Assembly: GCF_001601825.1 (NCBI RefSeq)
Contig: NZ_LUJK01000007.1
Coordinates: 4,261 to 68,260, forward strand
Source: Limnobacter sp. CACIAM 66H1
GTDB taxonomy: Bacteria; Pseudomonadota; Gammaproteobacteria; Burkholderiales; Burkholderiaceae_B
Direction: 5' to 3'
Length of the DNA stretch: 64,000 nt
The notes below the pieces were generated by a model. That model was not told the DNA's origin. It worked only from the letters and a program-made list of their open reading frames with translations, and made no database searches. This document shows, piece by piece, positions 38,356 through 48,433 of this stretch (position 1 is its first letter; each line of letters opens with the position of its first letter). Both the position numbers and the translations under genes were made by a program.

Positions 38356-39276
38356 ATGTCAATGGCCGATCGCGAAGGCTTTATCTGGTTTGACGGCAAA
38401 CTTGTGCCGTGGCGTGAAGCTCAAATTCACGTGCTCACTCACAGTTTGCATTATGGTTTGTCAGTCTTTGAAGGCGAGCGAGCCTACAAAACCGACAAAG
38501 GCCCTGCCATTTTCAGGTTGAAAGAGCACACCGATCGCCTTTTCAATTCAGCCCATATTTACCGCATGAACATGCCATACACCCGTGAGCAGATCATGGA
38601 TGCCTGCTGTGAAGTGGTGCGCGCCAACAATCTTGACTCCTGCTACATCCGCCCCATTGCTTTTTATGGCTCCGAGAAAATGGGGGTGTCGCCCAAAGGC
38701 GCTGCAACCCACGTGGCCATTGCGGCCTGGCCTTGGGGCGCTTATTTGGGCGAAGAAGGTCTGCAGAAAGGCATTCGGGTTAAAACCTCGTCTTATGCCC
38801 GCCACCATGTGAATGTGACCATGGCGCGTGCCAAGTTTGCGGCCACCTATGCCAACTCGATCCTTGCAAATACCGAGGCTGTCCAGGATGGTTACGACGA
38901 AGCACTGTTGCTGGATGTGGATGGATTTGTGGCTGAAGGTGCGGGTGAAAACGTATTTGTAATCAAAGATGGTTGTATTTACGAGCCTGAAATCGCCTCG
39001 GCATTGGTTGGGATTACCCGCTCAACGATTATTTCCCTCGCCCGTGAAATGGGCATGGAAGTCAAGAGCAAGCGCCTGACTCGCGATGACATTTACATCG
39101 CTGATGAGTGTTTCTTCACTGGCACTGCGGCTGAAGTAACGCCAGTGCGCGAGCTGGACAACCGAACCATCGGTGCCGGCACACGCGGGCCAATTACTGA
39201 AGAGCTGCAAAAGCGTTATTTCGACGTGGTGTACGGTCGAAATGAAAAATATGAACATTGGCTGACCCGGGTGTGA
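38356..39276 (+). CDS. ilvE: Branched-chain amino acid aminotransferase
   Basis: Motifs [35 protein letters not shown] and FFTGTAAEV. Confidence 0.96.
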   Translation: MSMADREGFIWFDGKLVPWREAQIHVLTHSLHYGLSVFEGERAYKTDKGPAIFRLKEHTDRLFNSAHIYRMNMPYTREQIMDACCEVVRANNLDSCYIRPIAFYGSEKMGVSPKGAATHVAIAAWPWGAYLGEEGLQKGIRVKTSSYARHHVNVTMARAKFAATYANSILANTEAVQDGYDEALLLDVDGFVAEGAGENVFVIKDGCIYEPEIASALVGITRSTIISLAREMGMEVKSKRLTRDDIYIADECFFTGTAAEVTPVRELDNRTIGAGTRGPITEELQKRYFDVVYGRNEKYEHWLTRV

Positions 39277-39282
39277 AGCATC

Positions 39283-39486
39283 ATGATCAGTGACAAAAAA
39301 GCAAAACATGAAACTGTGCAGCTGGATGGCGATCAACTGCCCGCCTTTTGCCCCAACCCGGCCATGCCGGTGTGGAATACGCATCCCAAGGTGTATCTGG
39401 ACGTGACCAAAACAGGCAAGGCCACCTGCCCTTATTGTGGCACGGTGTACACCTTGAAGCCTGGTGCAAAAGTACACTCACATTGA
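39283..39486 (+). CDS. zf-CHCC zinc-finger domain protein
   Basis: FCP...HPKVYL...CPYCGTVY. Confidence 0.88.
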   Translation: MISDKKAKHETVQLDGDQLPAFCPNPAMPVWNTHPKVYLDVTKTGKATCPYCGTVYTLKPGAKVHSH

Positions 39487-40520
39487 AGGTTTTAATTGTT
39501 GCCCCCAATTGGATCGGCGATGCGGTCATGAGCCTGTCGCTGATTCAAGCCTTGCATCAAGACAATACTTTGCGGTCGGCTGACGGCAAACCCTGTGAAA
39601 TTCATGTTCTCGCTCCACCGGTGACTGCACCGGTATATCAGTTCAGTGAAGCTGTCCGTGCTGTGCAGGTAGAGCCCTTCTCCCACGGCAAATTGCAATG
39701 GCGCTTGCGCAAGCAGGTGGGGGGCTCACTGGCCGGGCGCGGTTTCGACATGGCGGTGATTTTACCCAATTCCTTGAAATCAGCTTTGGTACCCTGGTTT
39801 GCACGAATACCGAAACGGGTAGGCTACAGCGGAGAGCTGCGCACAGCGGTGCTTACCCACCCGTTGCCCAAGCCTTCCAAGAAAGCCAAACCACCCATGA
39901 TCGAGTGGTATGGGCAGCTTGGTCATTACTCCGCCGATGTGCTGGAGTTCCCGGTTTTACACGTAGAGCCAGGTATGCGCCATGCCGCATGTGCCGAGTT
40001 TGAACTTCGCCCGGGTTTCTTGGCCGTTGCGCCGGGCGCTGAGTTTGGTCCCGCCAAACGCTGGCCAGCGGAGCACTTTGCTGAAGTGATCGCCAAGTTT
40101 TTATTGGGAAACCCCCTGCAGAAGGCTGTGCTGTTCGGTGGGCCCAAAGACTCTGTTTTTTGTGGGGAAATTGTCAGCCTGCTGCCTTTGGATTTACAAG
40201 CACGTGCCTGTAGCCTGGCGGGCAAGACAAGCTTGGCCCAGGCTGTGGCCCTGATGTCTGCGGCAAGCCAGTTGCTGACCAATGATTCGGGCTTGATGCA
40301 CGTGGCTGCTGCCTTGAATGTACAAGTGCACGCGGTGTTTGGTTCCAGCAGCCCACACCACACGCCGCCCTTAAGCAGCAAGGCCAAGGTGTATTACCTC
40401 AATCTGGAATGCAGCCCCTGTTTTCAGCGGGAGTGCCCACTGGGCCACACCCATTGCCTGAAAAAGCTCGACCCGAAAATGGTGTTGGAACAGCTGGTGC
40501 CTGCTTCTCAGGGAGTATGA
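39483..40520 (+). CDS. waaF: LPS heptosyltransferase II
   Basis: TTG start overlaps the upstream stop. Motifs APNWIGDAVM, PNSLKSA, PGAEFGPAKRWP and NDSGLMHVAAA. Confidence 0.93.
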   Translation: MKVLIVAPNWIGDAVMSLSLIQALHQDNTLRSADGKPCEIHVLAPPVTAPVYQFSEAVRAVQVEPFSHGKLQWRLRKQVGGSLAGRGFDMAVILPNSLKSALVPWFARIPKRVGYSGELRTAVLTHPLPKPSKKAKPPMIEWYGQLGHYSADVLEFPVLHVEPGMRHAACAEFELRPGFLAVAPGAEFGPAKRWPAEHFAEVIAKFLLGNPLQKAVLFGGPKDSVFCGEIVSLLPLDLQARACSLAGKTSLAQAVALMSAASQLLTNDSGLMHVAAALNVQVHAVFGSSSPHHTPPLSSKAKVYYLNLECSPCFQRECPLGHTHCLKKLDPKMVLEQLVPASQGV

Positions 40521-40557
40521 TCTTACAAGCCCATTTTCAACGCACTCTGGCCTTACC

Positions 40558-41412
40558 ATGCGTGACTACATCCTGACAATTTCTTGCCCCGACACCACGG
40601 GCATTGTGTACAACGTCAGCAAATTTTTGTTTGACCAACAGTGCAACATTCTTGACTCTGCTCAATTTGGCGATGAGTCCACCAATCTTTTCTTCTTGCG
40701 GGTGCACTTTTCATTGCCGCCCGAAAGCAAGCTGACCGAGGTCGAACTGCAGTCCAATTTCGCGAAGGTGGCAGAGCCGTTCGCCATGAAATACCAGTTT
40801 TTTGATGCCCGTGTAAAGCCTCGCGTGTTGCTGATGGTGTCCAAGTTCGGGCACTGTTTGAACGATCTTCTGTTTCGCTGGAAAAGCGGTCAACTGCCTT
40901 GCGAGATACCGGCCATTGTGTCTAATCATCAGGATTTTGCTTTGCTTGCGGCCTCATATGGTGTCCCGTTTTATCACTTGCCGGTGAAACCCGAAGCCAA
41001 AGAGCTTCAGGAAACGCAAATACGTCAGATCATTGAGCGTGAGAAGATCGATCTCGTTGTGCTGGCCCGCTACATGCAAATTTTGTCGCCGGAATTGTGC
41101 CGCGACATGCTGGGTCGGGTGATCAACATTCATCACAGTTTCTTGCCCAGCTTCAAGGGGGCCAAACCTTACCAGCAAGCTTTTGACAGGGGAGTCAAGT
41201 TGATTGGTGCTACAGCACACTACGTGACCTCGGATCTGGACGAGGGCCCTATCATTGAACAAGATGTGGCTCGCGTTGACCATTCTTTAACCCCGGAAGA
41301 GTTGACCGCTCGAGGACGCGACACCGAGTGTATGGTGTTGGCCCGTGCGGTGAAATGGCACTGCGAGCACCGTGTGGTTTTGAACGGATCAAAAACAGTG
41401 GTGTTTCAGTGA
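40558..41412 (+). CDS. purU: Formyltetrahydrofolate deformylase
   Basis: N-terminal ACT domain (SCPDTTGIV); motifs VSKFGHCLNDLL, INIHHSFLP and GATAHYVT. Confidence 0.96.
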   Translation: MRDYILTISCPDTTGIVYNVSKFLFDQQCNILDSAQFGDESTNLFFLRVHFSLPPESKLTEVELQSNFAKVAEPFAMKYQFFDARVKPRVLLMVSKFGHCLNDLLFRWKSGQLPCEIPAIVSNHQDFALLAASYGVPFYHLPVKPEAKELQETQIRQIIEREKIDLVVLARYMQILSPELCRDMLGRVINIHHSFLPSFKGAKPYQQAFDRGVKLIGATAHYVTSDLDEGPIIEQDVARVDHSLTPEELTARGRDTECMVLARAVKWHCEHRVVLNGSKTVVFQ

Positions 41413-41465
41413 GTCACCTCAACAACCTCATTCAAAACACATAAATACCCATTGGAGTGCGTTGA

Positions 41466-41921
41466 ATGTCCAGAGCCAAAGTCATTCATTCTTCACCGCA
41501 AGACATTGAGCAAGCCTTTTATGAGGCACTTGAAGCAGCCGATCTGGAAGCCCTGATGGATCTTTGGGCCGACGATGAGCATGTGGTGTGTATTCACCCC
41601 GGAGGTCCTCGCGTAGAGGGCTATCACGATGTACGCGACTCTTGGAAAGAAATTCTTTCAGCAGGTGCCTTGCAAATTCGCGTGGTGCCTGTGCACCGCG
41701 TTGAAGGCGTGATGGTGTCGGTGCACAACATTGTTGAGCAAGTCATGATGAGCAGCTCTCGGGGTGAGCCTCATGTCGTGCAAGTGAATGCGACCAATGT
41801 GTATCACAAGGGGCCCAATGGCTGGAAAATTGTGATGCATCACGCAAGCCCCGCCATGGATGCAGAAGAAATGGTCGAGGACGACCTGTCCGACTTCGAT
41901 CCGCAGCCCACGCTGCACTGA
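41466..41921 (+). CDS. SnoaL/NTF2-like family protein
   Basis: EQAFYEALEAADLEALMDLWA...CIHPGG...ATNVY...WKIVMHHAS. Confidence 0.85.
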   Translation: MSRAKVIHSSPQDIEQAFYEALEAADLEALMDLWADDEHVVCIHPGGPRVEGYHDVRDSWKEILSAGALQIRVVPVHRVEGVMVSVHNIVEQVMMSSSRGEPHVVQVNATNVYHKGPNGWKIVMHHASPAMDAEEMVEDDLSDFDPQPTLH

Positions 41922-41936
41922 TCAGGCCGAGGCAGT

Positions 41937-42935
41937 ATGGTGTACCGCCCGCCTTGGTGGCTTCCCGAGGGCCATTCCCAAACCATTATGGCCGCACGCT
42001 GGGCTGAAAAGCCAAGCGTGCACTACCACCGTGTGCGCTGGAACACGCCGGATGGTGATTTTATCGACCTTGATTTTACTGAGTCCCTGGAACAAGCGGC
42101 AAAGCACGACACGCTTTGGGTGCTGTTTCACGGCCTGGAGGGTTGCTCGCGCAGTCACTACAGCCTGGCGGTAATGAACCAGGCCCGCATGGCGGGTGCC
42201 TTGGGTGTGGTTGTCCACTTTCGGGGGTGTTCCGGCGAAAACAACCGGATGCCGCGCGCCTATCATTCGGGCGATTCCGAGGAAATGGACTGGATACTTC
42301 GTCGCCTGCGCAGCCAGTTTTCTTCAGTGGAATTCATGCATGTCACGGGTGTTTCACTGGGTGGCAATGTGTTGTTGAAGTGGCTGGGAGAGCGGGAAAA
42401 GCTGGCTCGGGAGGTGGTCAGCTCAGCCGTGTCAGTGAGTGCACCAGTTGATTTGCTCGCGGGTGCGGTATCGCTGGCCAAAGGGTTCAATCTGGTTTAT
42501 ACCCGCATGTTTTTAAGCACTTTGATTCCGAAATCAATTGAGAAGGTCAAGCGCTTTCCCGAGTTGGGAAACGTGGAGGACATTGCCAACTGCAAAGATT
42601 TCTTCGATTTCGACAACCGGGTTACAGCCCCTTGGCATGGGTTCCGGGATGCCGAGCATTATTATGCCGTGTCATCGGCCAAGCCACTGTTGAAACATAT
42701 TGCGGTGCCCACCCTGATGATTCACGCGAAAAACGATCCTTTCATGAGTGGTCAACATTTGCCGACAACCCATGAAGTGTCCCCGCAAGTGAATTGTCTG
42801 TTTACAGAGCACGGTGGTCATGTTGGTTTTGCGAACGGACGCAGTTTGCGATTGGGGCTGGACTGGTTGCCCAAGCAATGCGATGCTTTCTTTGCGCAGC
42901 ACTCTGCAAAGCAAACAGGAGCAAGCGGTGGATGA
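41937..42935 (+). CDS. YheT-family alpha/beta hydrolase
   Basis: Motifs LFHGLEG, HFRGCSG, YHSG, nucleophile GVSLGG and GGHVGF. Confidence 0.9.
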   Translation: MVYRPPWWLPEGHSQTIMAARWAEKPSVHYHRVRWNTPDGDFIDLDFTESLEQAAKHDTLWVLFHGLEGCSRSHYSLAVMNQARMAGALGVVVHFRGCSGENNRMPRAYHSGDSEEMDWILRRLRSQFSSVEFMHVTGVSLGGNVLLKWLGEREKLAREVVSSAVSVSAPVDLLAGAVSLAKGFNLVYTRMFLSTLIPKSIEKVKRFPELGNVEDIANCKDFFDFDNRVTAPWHGFRDAEHYYAVSSAKPLLKHIAVPTLMIHAKNDPFMSGQHLPTTHEVSPQVNCLFTEHGGHVGFANGRSLRLGLDWLPKQCDAFFAQHSAKQTGASGG

Positions 42936-43569
42936 CCTTGTAGAAAAAGCACTGGCGCGTTGGCCCAACGTGCCGGCCATTGCCGGATGGGTGAAGTTAA
43001 GCACGCAAGGCGACTGGTTGCTGACAGGACCTGTGCCCGAGGGGTTAACAATCAGCCATCCGAGGATTTTGAATTTCATGGCGCGCAACTATGGTTGCGA
43101 ATCAGACGGGCGTTACTATTTTCAGAATGGCCCTCAAAAAGCGTATGTCCACTTGGCTTACACACCGTGGGTGTATCGCATTCACCCTCTGGAGCACGGT
43201 GCCTTGATGCTGACCACCCACACTGGTCTCGTCTGCTGGCCCTTGGGTATGTACCAAGATGAACAGGGCAGGGTCTTGATTGAAGGTGAGCCTGGCATTG
43301 GCCTTTTGCACAGCAATGACATGGACCTTCTTGCGAAGGGCCTGAAGGAATGCCAGGGCGAACTGGTTCATCAAGCCAGTTGGGCTGTGCCCGATGAGGA
43401 TCCCGACACCCTGATTGCTGCGCGCACCAAGTTGCGCCGGGATAAAAACACGTCCACGGGACTGCGCGATTGCACGTTGAAGTTGGTGCCTATTGAATCA
43501 GGCACTGTGCCACAGCGCTTTCAGTTCAACCCGAATCCAGAAGTTAACCAGCAGGATCCAAATTCGTGA
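42928..43569 (+). CDS. DUF2946-like protein of unknown function
   Basis: GTG start; MDDLVEKALARWPNVPA..GW...FMARNY...YFQNGPQKAYV.LAYTPWV matches a recalled betaproteobacterial family. The DUF number is from memory. Confidence 0.7.
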   Translation: MDDLVEKALARWPNVPAIAGWVKLSTQGDWLLTGPVPEGLTISHPRILNFMARNYGCESDGRYYFQNGPQKAYVHLAYTPWVYRIHPLEHGALMLTTHTGLVCWPLGMYQDEQGRVLIEGEPGIGLLHSNDMDLLAKGLKECQGELVHQASWAVPDEDPDTLIAARTKLRRDKNTSTGLRDCTLKLVPIESGTVPQRFQFNPNPEVNQQDPNS

Positions 43570-44687
43570 AACCGAGACAGAATCAAAGCGGTGCCTCAGC
43601 CACTGCATTGCTTGCCTTTGTGTTGTTTGTGGCGTTGTTGTATGTGTTGTACAACCAGTCCAGCATTGAGAACCTGTTTACCAGTCGACCAGAAAACGTC
43701 GCACCACGGGTGGTAGAGGCCCGGGGCGATCTTGCCGCAGGCGAAAAAAGCGTGGTTGAGCTGTTTGAGGTGTCCAAAGCATCTGTGGCCTATATTTTCA
43801 CGGAGAGCGTACAAGGGCAGTTGTTTTTCAGGCGCGTGGCGGAGGGCACCGGTTCAGGCTTTATTTGGGATGAGGCTGGCCACATTGTGACCAATGCGCA
43901 CGTGGTAGAGGGAGCCAGTCGAATTCGAGTGCAGCTTGATGACTCAGAACCGCTGCCGGCTCGCCTCGTGGGTATTGCACCCTCGTACGATCTTGCGGTG
44001 ATCCGCCTGGTGAACAAGCCAGCCAACCTGCGGCCCATCCCAGTGGGCACGTCTGGCGACTTGCTGGTGGGGCAATCGGTGTTTGCCATCGGCAACCCCT
44101 TCGGTCTGTCGAAAACGCTCACTGCGGGTATCGTCAGCGCTTTGGGGCGTACCTTGCCTGTGAGCAACGGCCGTGAAATACCGGATGTGATCCAAACGGA
44201 CGCAGCCATCAACCCTGGTAACTCCGGTGGCCCCTTGCTGGATTCCGCGGGCCGTTTGATCGGTGTGAACACCGCCATACTCTCTCAAAGCGGATCCTCC
44301 GCGGGTGTGGGCTTTGCAATTCCTGTTGATTTGGTGAACGAAATTGTGCCGCAGTTGATTGAACGTGGCACTTTACCCCGTCCGGGTATCGGCATTGCAG
44401 TGGCGGATGAGTCGCTGGCTCGCCGCTTGGGTATTCGTGGCATCGCAGTCATGGGCGTAGAGCCGGGTTCACCTGCAGCGCGGGCAGGTCTGAAGCCGTT
44501 TGATTTGCAGGGGGGGGTGGTGGGTGACATCATCATCGCCGTTGACCGCAAACCAGTTGCCAATGTCTTGCAGTTGTCAAAGGCCCTGGAGGCAGTTGGC
44601 GTCGGTGGTACGGCCAATTTGCTGGTGATGCGCGGTGACGATACGCGCGAAGTGTCGGTGAGCGTCGTGGATCTGGAAGCGCGTTAA
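43566..44687 (+). CDS. HtrA/DegP-family (S1C) serine protease with one PDZ domain and an N-terminal TM segment
   Basis: Motifs GSGF, VTNAHVV, YDLAV and QTDAAINPGNSGGPL, plus a C-terminal PDZ domain. Confidence 0.93.
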   Translation: MKPRQNQSGASATALLAFVLFVALLYVLYNQSSIENLFTSRPENVAPRVVEARGDLAAGEKSVVELFEVSKASVAYIFTESVQGQLFFRRVAEGTGSGFIWDEAGHIVTNAHVVEGASRIRVQLDDSEPLPARLVGIAPSYDLAVIRLVNKPANLRPIPVGTSGDLLVGQSVFAIGNPFGLSKTLTAGIVSALGRTLPVSNGREIPDVIQTDAAINPGNSGGPLLDSAGRLIGVNTAILSQSGSSAGVGFAIPVDLVNEIVPQLIERGTLPRPGIGIAVADESLARRLGIRGIAVMGVEPGSPAARAGLKPFDLQGGVVGDIIIAVDRKPVANVLQLSKALEAVGVGGTANLLVMRGDDTREVSVSVVDLEAR

Positions 44688-45481
44688 TGGTTGACTCGAT
44701 GGATAGCCATCCCGATTTGGATCGACGGTTTGGTGGAATCAGTCGCCTGTACGGTGATGGTACCCATGTGTTTCTCAACCAGCGGGTTCATGCCATGGTG
44801 GTAGGTGTCGGCGGGGTGGGTTCTTGGGCTGCCGAGGCCTTGGCTCGCAGTGGCGTGGGTCGAATTACGCTGGTTGACATGGACCACGTGGCTGAAAGCA
44901 ACATCAACCGACAAATCCAGGCCTGTGATGCCACCTTGGGACGGGAAAAGATCAAGGCTTTGGCCGATCACATTCATGGCTATTTTCCGCAGTGCCAGGT
45001 GACCTTCGTGGATGCGTTTCTGGAACCTGACAATGCGCAGAGCCTGCTCACTCAATTTGCTGCGGCGGCTGGCGAATGCAAAGTTGTGCTGGACTGTTGC
45101 GACAATGTTCGGGCGAAGGTGGCCTTGGTCACTTGGGCCAGGCGTTTGAACCTTGCCGTGGCGCTGTCGGGCAGTGCGGGTGGGAAAACCAAACCCTGGC
45201 TCGTTCAGCCTGCCGACCTGCGCGACACCACCAATGACCCCCTGCTGGCCAAGGTGCGGTACACACTTCGCCGCGCACATGGATACGCGAAAGACCCGAA
45301 GAAGAAGCTGGGCGTGGCGGTGTTCTATTCAGCCGAGCAAATCAAGCGCAGCGACGCGTGCGAACCTGCGGCTGGGTTGAATTGTGCGGGTTATGGCTCT
45401 GTGGTCACGGTCACCGCCACCATGGGCATGCAAATGGCCGCCTGGGCCATTGCACATTGCGTGAACCACCACAAAACTTAA
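44687..45481 (+). CDS. tcdA: tRNA threonylcarbamoyladenosine dehydratase (ThiF/E1-like)
   Basis: Motifs RRFGGISRLYG, VGVGGVGSW, SNINRQ, GSAGGK and NCAGYGS..VTATMG. Confidence 0.9.
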   Translation: MVDSMDSHPDLDRRFGGISRLYGDGTHVFLNQRVHAMVVGVGGVGSWAAEALARSGVGRITLVDMDHVAESNINRQIQACDATLGREKIKALADHIHGYFPQCQVTFVDAFLEPDNAQSLLTQFAAAAGECKVVLDCCDNVRAKVALVTWARRLNLAVALSGSAGGKTKPWLVQPADLRDTTNDPLLAKVRYTLRRAHGYAKDPKKKLGVAVFYSAEQIKRSDACEPAAGLNCAGYGSVVTVTATMGMQMAAWAIAHCVNHHKT

Positions 45482-46020
45482 CGTTTAAACAAGTCACCAA
45501 AAAGGTCTTCGGCTTTTTCAACCTTGGGCGCTACCACATAGGCACAGTAGGGCTGCATGGGGTTGTTCTCGAAATATTCCTGGTGGTATTTCTCGGCGGG
45601 AAAGTAATTCAGCAAAGGCGAAATCTCGGTCACTACCTTGTCGCGGAAAATTTTCCGTTTTTCCAGGTCTTCAACAAAAGCCACGGCTATGTCGCGTTGC
45701 TCGGGCGTGTGAAAAAAAATGACCGAGCGGTACTGGGTACCCACATCGTTGCCCTGTCGGTTCAAGGTGGTTGGGTCGTGAATGGCGAAAAACACTGCCA
45801 GTATTTTCCGAAATGAAATGACTTCCGGATCGTAGTGCAGCCGAATGACTTCGGCGTGGCCGGTTCTACCGCCACAGACCTTGTCATAGTTCGGATTGGG
45901 GTCGCTTCCCCCGCTGTAGCCCGATTCGCACAACTCGATTCCTTTGAGTTGCCGGAAAACAGCTTCAGTGCACCAGAAACAACCCCCGCCCAAGGTTGCC
46001 TGTTCTATCTTGCTCGACAT
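45478..46020 (-). CDS. msrA: Peptide methionine sulfoxide reductase A
   Basis: Motifs GGGCFWCTE, SGYSGG, GHAEV, HDPT and AEKYHQEY. Confidence 0.97.
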   Translation of the reverse strand: MSSKIEQATLGGGCFWCTEAVFRQLKGIELCESGYSGGSDPNPNYDKVCGGRTGHAEVIRLHYDPEVISFRKILAVFFAIHDPTTLNRQGNDVGTQYRSVIFFHTPEQRDIAVAFVEDLEKRKIFRDKVVTEISPLLNYFPAEKYHQEYFENNPMQPYCAYVVAPKVEKAEDLFGDLFKR

Positions 46021-46155
46021 AGATCAAAGCCTGTTTTTATTGTTCCCACAATCACTAAGTGAATCTTTAAGTGGAACCCAAGTCAAGCCTTTTGGTCTGA
46101 ATTTTAGGTGTCAAGCGTTGTATACTCGGCGCGAACCCATCACAACTTTAAGGAG

Positions 46156-46497
46156 ATGACTGTGATTTCATCCGCGTTTGCGCAATCCGCAGCCGCTGGC
46201 CCGGAAAGTGGCCTTTTAAGCTTCCTGCCCCTCATTTTGATGTTTGGCGTGCTTTATTTCCTGGCAATTCGTCCCCAAATGAAGCGTCAGAAAGAACACA
46301 AAGCCATGGTTGAAGCCCTGCAAAAAGGCGATGAAGTAATTGCCTCGGGTGGTTTGCTGGGCAAGATCAGCAAAATCAACGAATCGTACATCACGCTGGA
46401 AGTGGCCGAAATGGGTGACAAGCCCGTTGAAGTTGTGCTGCAACGCGCTGCTGTACAAAGCCTGCTGCCTCGCGGCACCCTGAAAGAAACACGTTAA
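46156..46497 (+). CDS. yajC: Preprotein translocase subunit YajC
   Basis: Motifs FLAIRPQMKRQKEH and LQKGDEV; upstream of secD. Confidence 0.95.
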   Translation: MTVISSAFAQSAAAGPESGLLSFLPLILMFGVLYFLAIRPQMKRQKEHKAMVEALQKGDEVIASGGLLGKISKINESYITLEVAEMGDKPVEVVLQRAAVQSLLPRGTLKETR

Positions 46498-46506
46498 TTT
46501 GCTGTC

Positions 46507-48399
46507 ATGAATCGATACCCTGTCTGGAAGTACCTGATGATCGCCATTGTGTTGGTGCTGGGTGTGTTGTACACCTTGCCCAATTTTTACGGCGAAGCGC
46601 CTGCTGTGCAGGTTTCAAGTGGCAAGTCCACCTTGAAATTGTCACCTGACCTGGCTGAACGTTTATCGAGTCAGCTCGAGGCGCAAGGTATCAAGCCCGA
46701 CGGGGTGTTTTTCGAAGAAACACTGGGTGGCGGAACTCTGAAATTAAGGTTCAACTCGTCTGAAGAGCAATTAAAGGCGAGAGATTTTCTCCAAAGCCAG
46801 CTTAATCCAGACCCGGCAGACCCCGATTACATTGTTGCCCTGAATTTGTTGTCCCGGTCCCCAGACTGGTTGACTAGCATCAATGCGCTGCCCATGTATC
46901 TCGGTCTCGATTTGCGGGGTGGTGTGCATTTTCTGTTGCAAGTGGACATGGATGCTGCACTGGAAAAGCGCAAGGATGCCTTGCTGGCCAGCGCCAAGCA
47001 AACCTTGCGCGAAAAAGACTTGAGGTACGCCAGTGCGCCTCGCACTCCAGCCGGTTTTAACCTGACCTTCCGCGATGCAGACGCCCGCAACAAAGCACAG
47101 GCTGCCCTGGCCAAGGAATACCCGGATTTGCAGTTGGCTGCGCCTGAAAACAGCACGGAATTTGCGCTGATAGCGACACTGGCGCCAGAAATTGAACAGC
47201 AGGCGCGTGAGTACGCCTTGCGCCAAAACATCACTACATTGCACAACCGGATTAACGAATTGGGCGTAGCCGAACCCGTGATTCAACGCCAGGGTGCGGA
47301 CCGTATTGTGGTTCAGCTCCCAGGCGTGCAAGACACGGCGAAGGCCAAAGACATTCTGGGCCGTACTGCGACACTGGAAGTTCGCATGGTGGATGACAGC
47401 CCGGAGGCTCAGTCTGCCCTGGCCAGCGGTATTGTGCCCTTTGGCCTCGAGCGCTACACCGAGCGTGGTGGCCGCGACTTGTTGTTGAAATCGGAAGTAA
47501 TTTTGACCGGCGACAACCTGACCGATGCGCAAGCCGGCTTTGACAACCAAACCCAGGAACCGGCGGTGCATTTGACGCTGGACAGTCAAGGTTCGCGTAT
47601 TTTCAGAAACATTACTGCTGAAAACATTGGCAAGCGAATGGCCATTGTGCTGATTGAAAAAGGCAAGGGCGAGGTAGTGACCGCACCGGTCATCCGCGGT
47701 GAAATCGGTGGTGGCCGAGTTCAAATTTCGGGCAGCATGAACACGGTGGAGGCAGCCGATCTGGCCTTGTTATTGCGTGCAGGCTCACTTGCTGCACCCA
47801 TGGACATCATTGAAGAGCGCACCATTGGCCCTAGCCTGGGTGCTGACAACATCGACAAGGGTATTAACTCAACCCTGTATGGCTTTGTTGTGCTGGGCGC
47901 ATTCATGATCGTGTATTACTTGTTGTTTGGTGTGTTTTCAGTGTTTGCACTGGCGGTTAACGTGATGTTGTTGTTTGCCTTGTTGTCCGTATTGCAAGCC
48001 ACCCTGACATTGCCAGGTATTGCAGCGATTGCGCTTACCCTGGGCATGGCGATTGACGCCAACGTGCTGATCAACGAGCGTATCCGCGAAGAACTTCGTG
48101 ACGGCGCGCAGCCGCAGCAAGCCATTGCTGCAGGTTACGAGCGAGCATGGGCCACCATTCTGGATTCGAACATTACCACCTTGATTGCCGGTTTGGCCTT
48201 GCTGATTTTTGGCTCAGGCCCTGTGCGTGGTTTTGCAGTGGTGCATTGTCTGGGTATTTTGACCTCGATTTTCAGTGCTGTTGTGGTGTCGCGCGGTGTG
48301 GTCAACCTTTGGTATGGCCGCAAGAAGAAATTGGACTCCGTCAGCATTGGGCAAATTTGGCGCCCCACTGACGGCACAGCTGTCGCTAAAAAAGCGTGA
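46507..48399 (+). CDS. secD: Protein translocase subunit SecD
   Basis: Motifs LGLDLRGG, RINELGVAEP, VQLPGV, IGPSLG, DANVLINERIREE and DSNITT. Confidence 0.97.
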   Translation: MNRYPVWKYLMIAIVLVLGVLYTLPNFYGEAPAVQVSSGKSTLKLSPDLAERLSSQLEAQGIKPDGVFFEETLGGGTLKLRFNSSEEQLKARDFLQSQLNPDPADPDYIVALNLLSRSPDWLTSINALPMYLGLDLRGGVHFLLQVDMDAALEKRKDALLASAKQTLREKDLRYASAPRTPAGFNLTFRDADARNKAQAALAKEYPDLQLAAPENSTEFALIATLAPEIEQQAREYALRQNITTLHNRINELGVAEPVIQRQGADRIVVQLPGVQDTAKAKDILGRTATLEVRMVDDSPEAQSALASGIVPFGLERYTERGGRDLLLKSEVILTGDNLTDAQAGFDNQTQEPAVHLTLDSQGSRIFRNITAENIGKRMAIVLIEKGKGEVVTAPVIRGEIGGGRVQISGSMNTVEAADLALLLRAGSLAAPMDIIEERTIGPSLGADNIDKGINSTLYGFVVLGAFMIVYYLLFGVFSVFALAVNVMLLFALLSVLQATLTLPGIAAIALTLGMAIDANVLINERIREELRDGAQPQQAIAAGYERAWATILDSNITTLIAGLALLIFGSGPVRGFAVVHCLGILTSIFSAVVVSRGVVNLWYGRKKKLDSVSIGQIWRPTDGTAVAKKA

Positions 48400-48433
48400 C
48401 CTACACCAACCGAACCAAGTGAAATAAAAGCAA

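Noticed and set aside
43566-43660. The HtrA N-terminus (RQNQSG|ASATALLAF) resembles a class III prepilin signal
   Set aside because: It has no Phe1/Glu5 and is equally explained by the ordinary N-terminal TM anchor of HtrA proteins.
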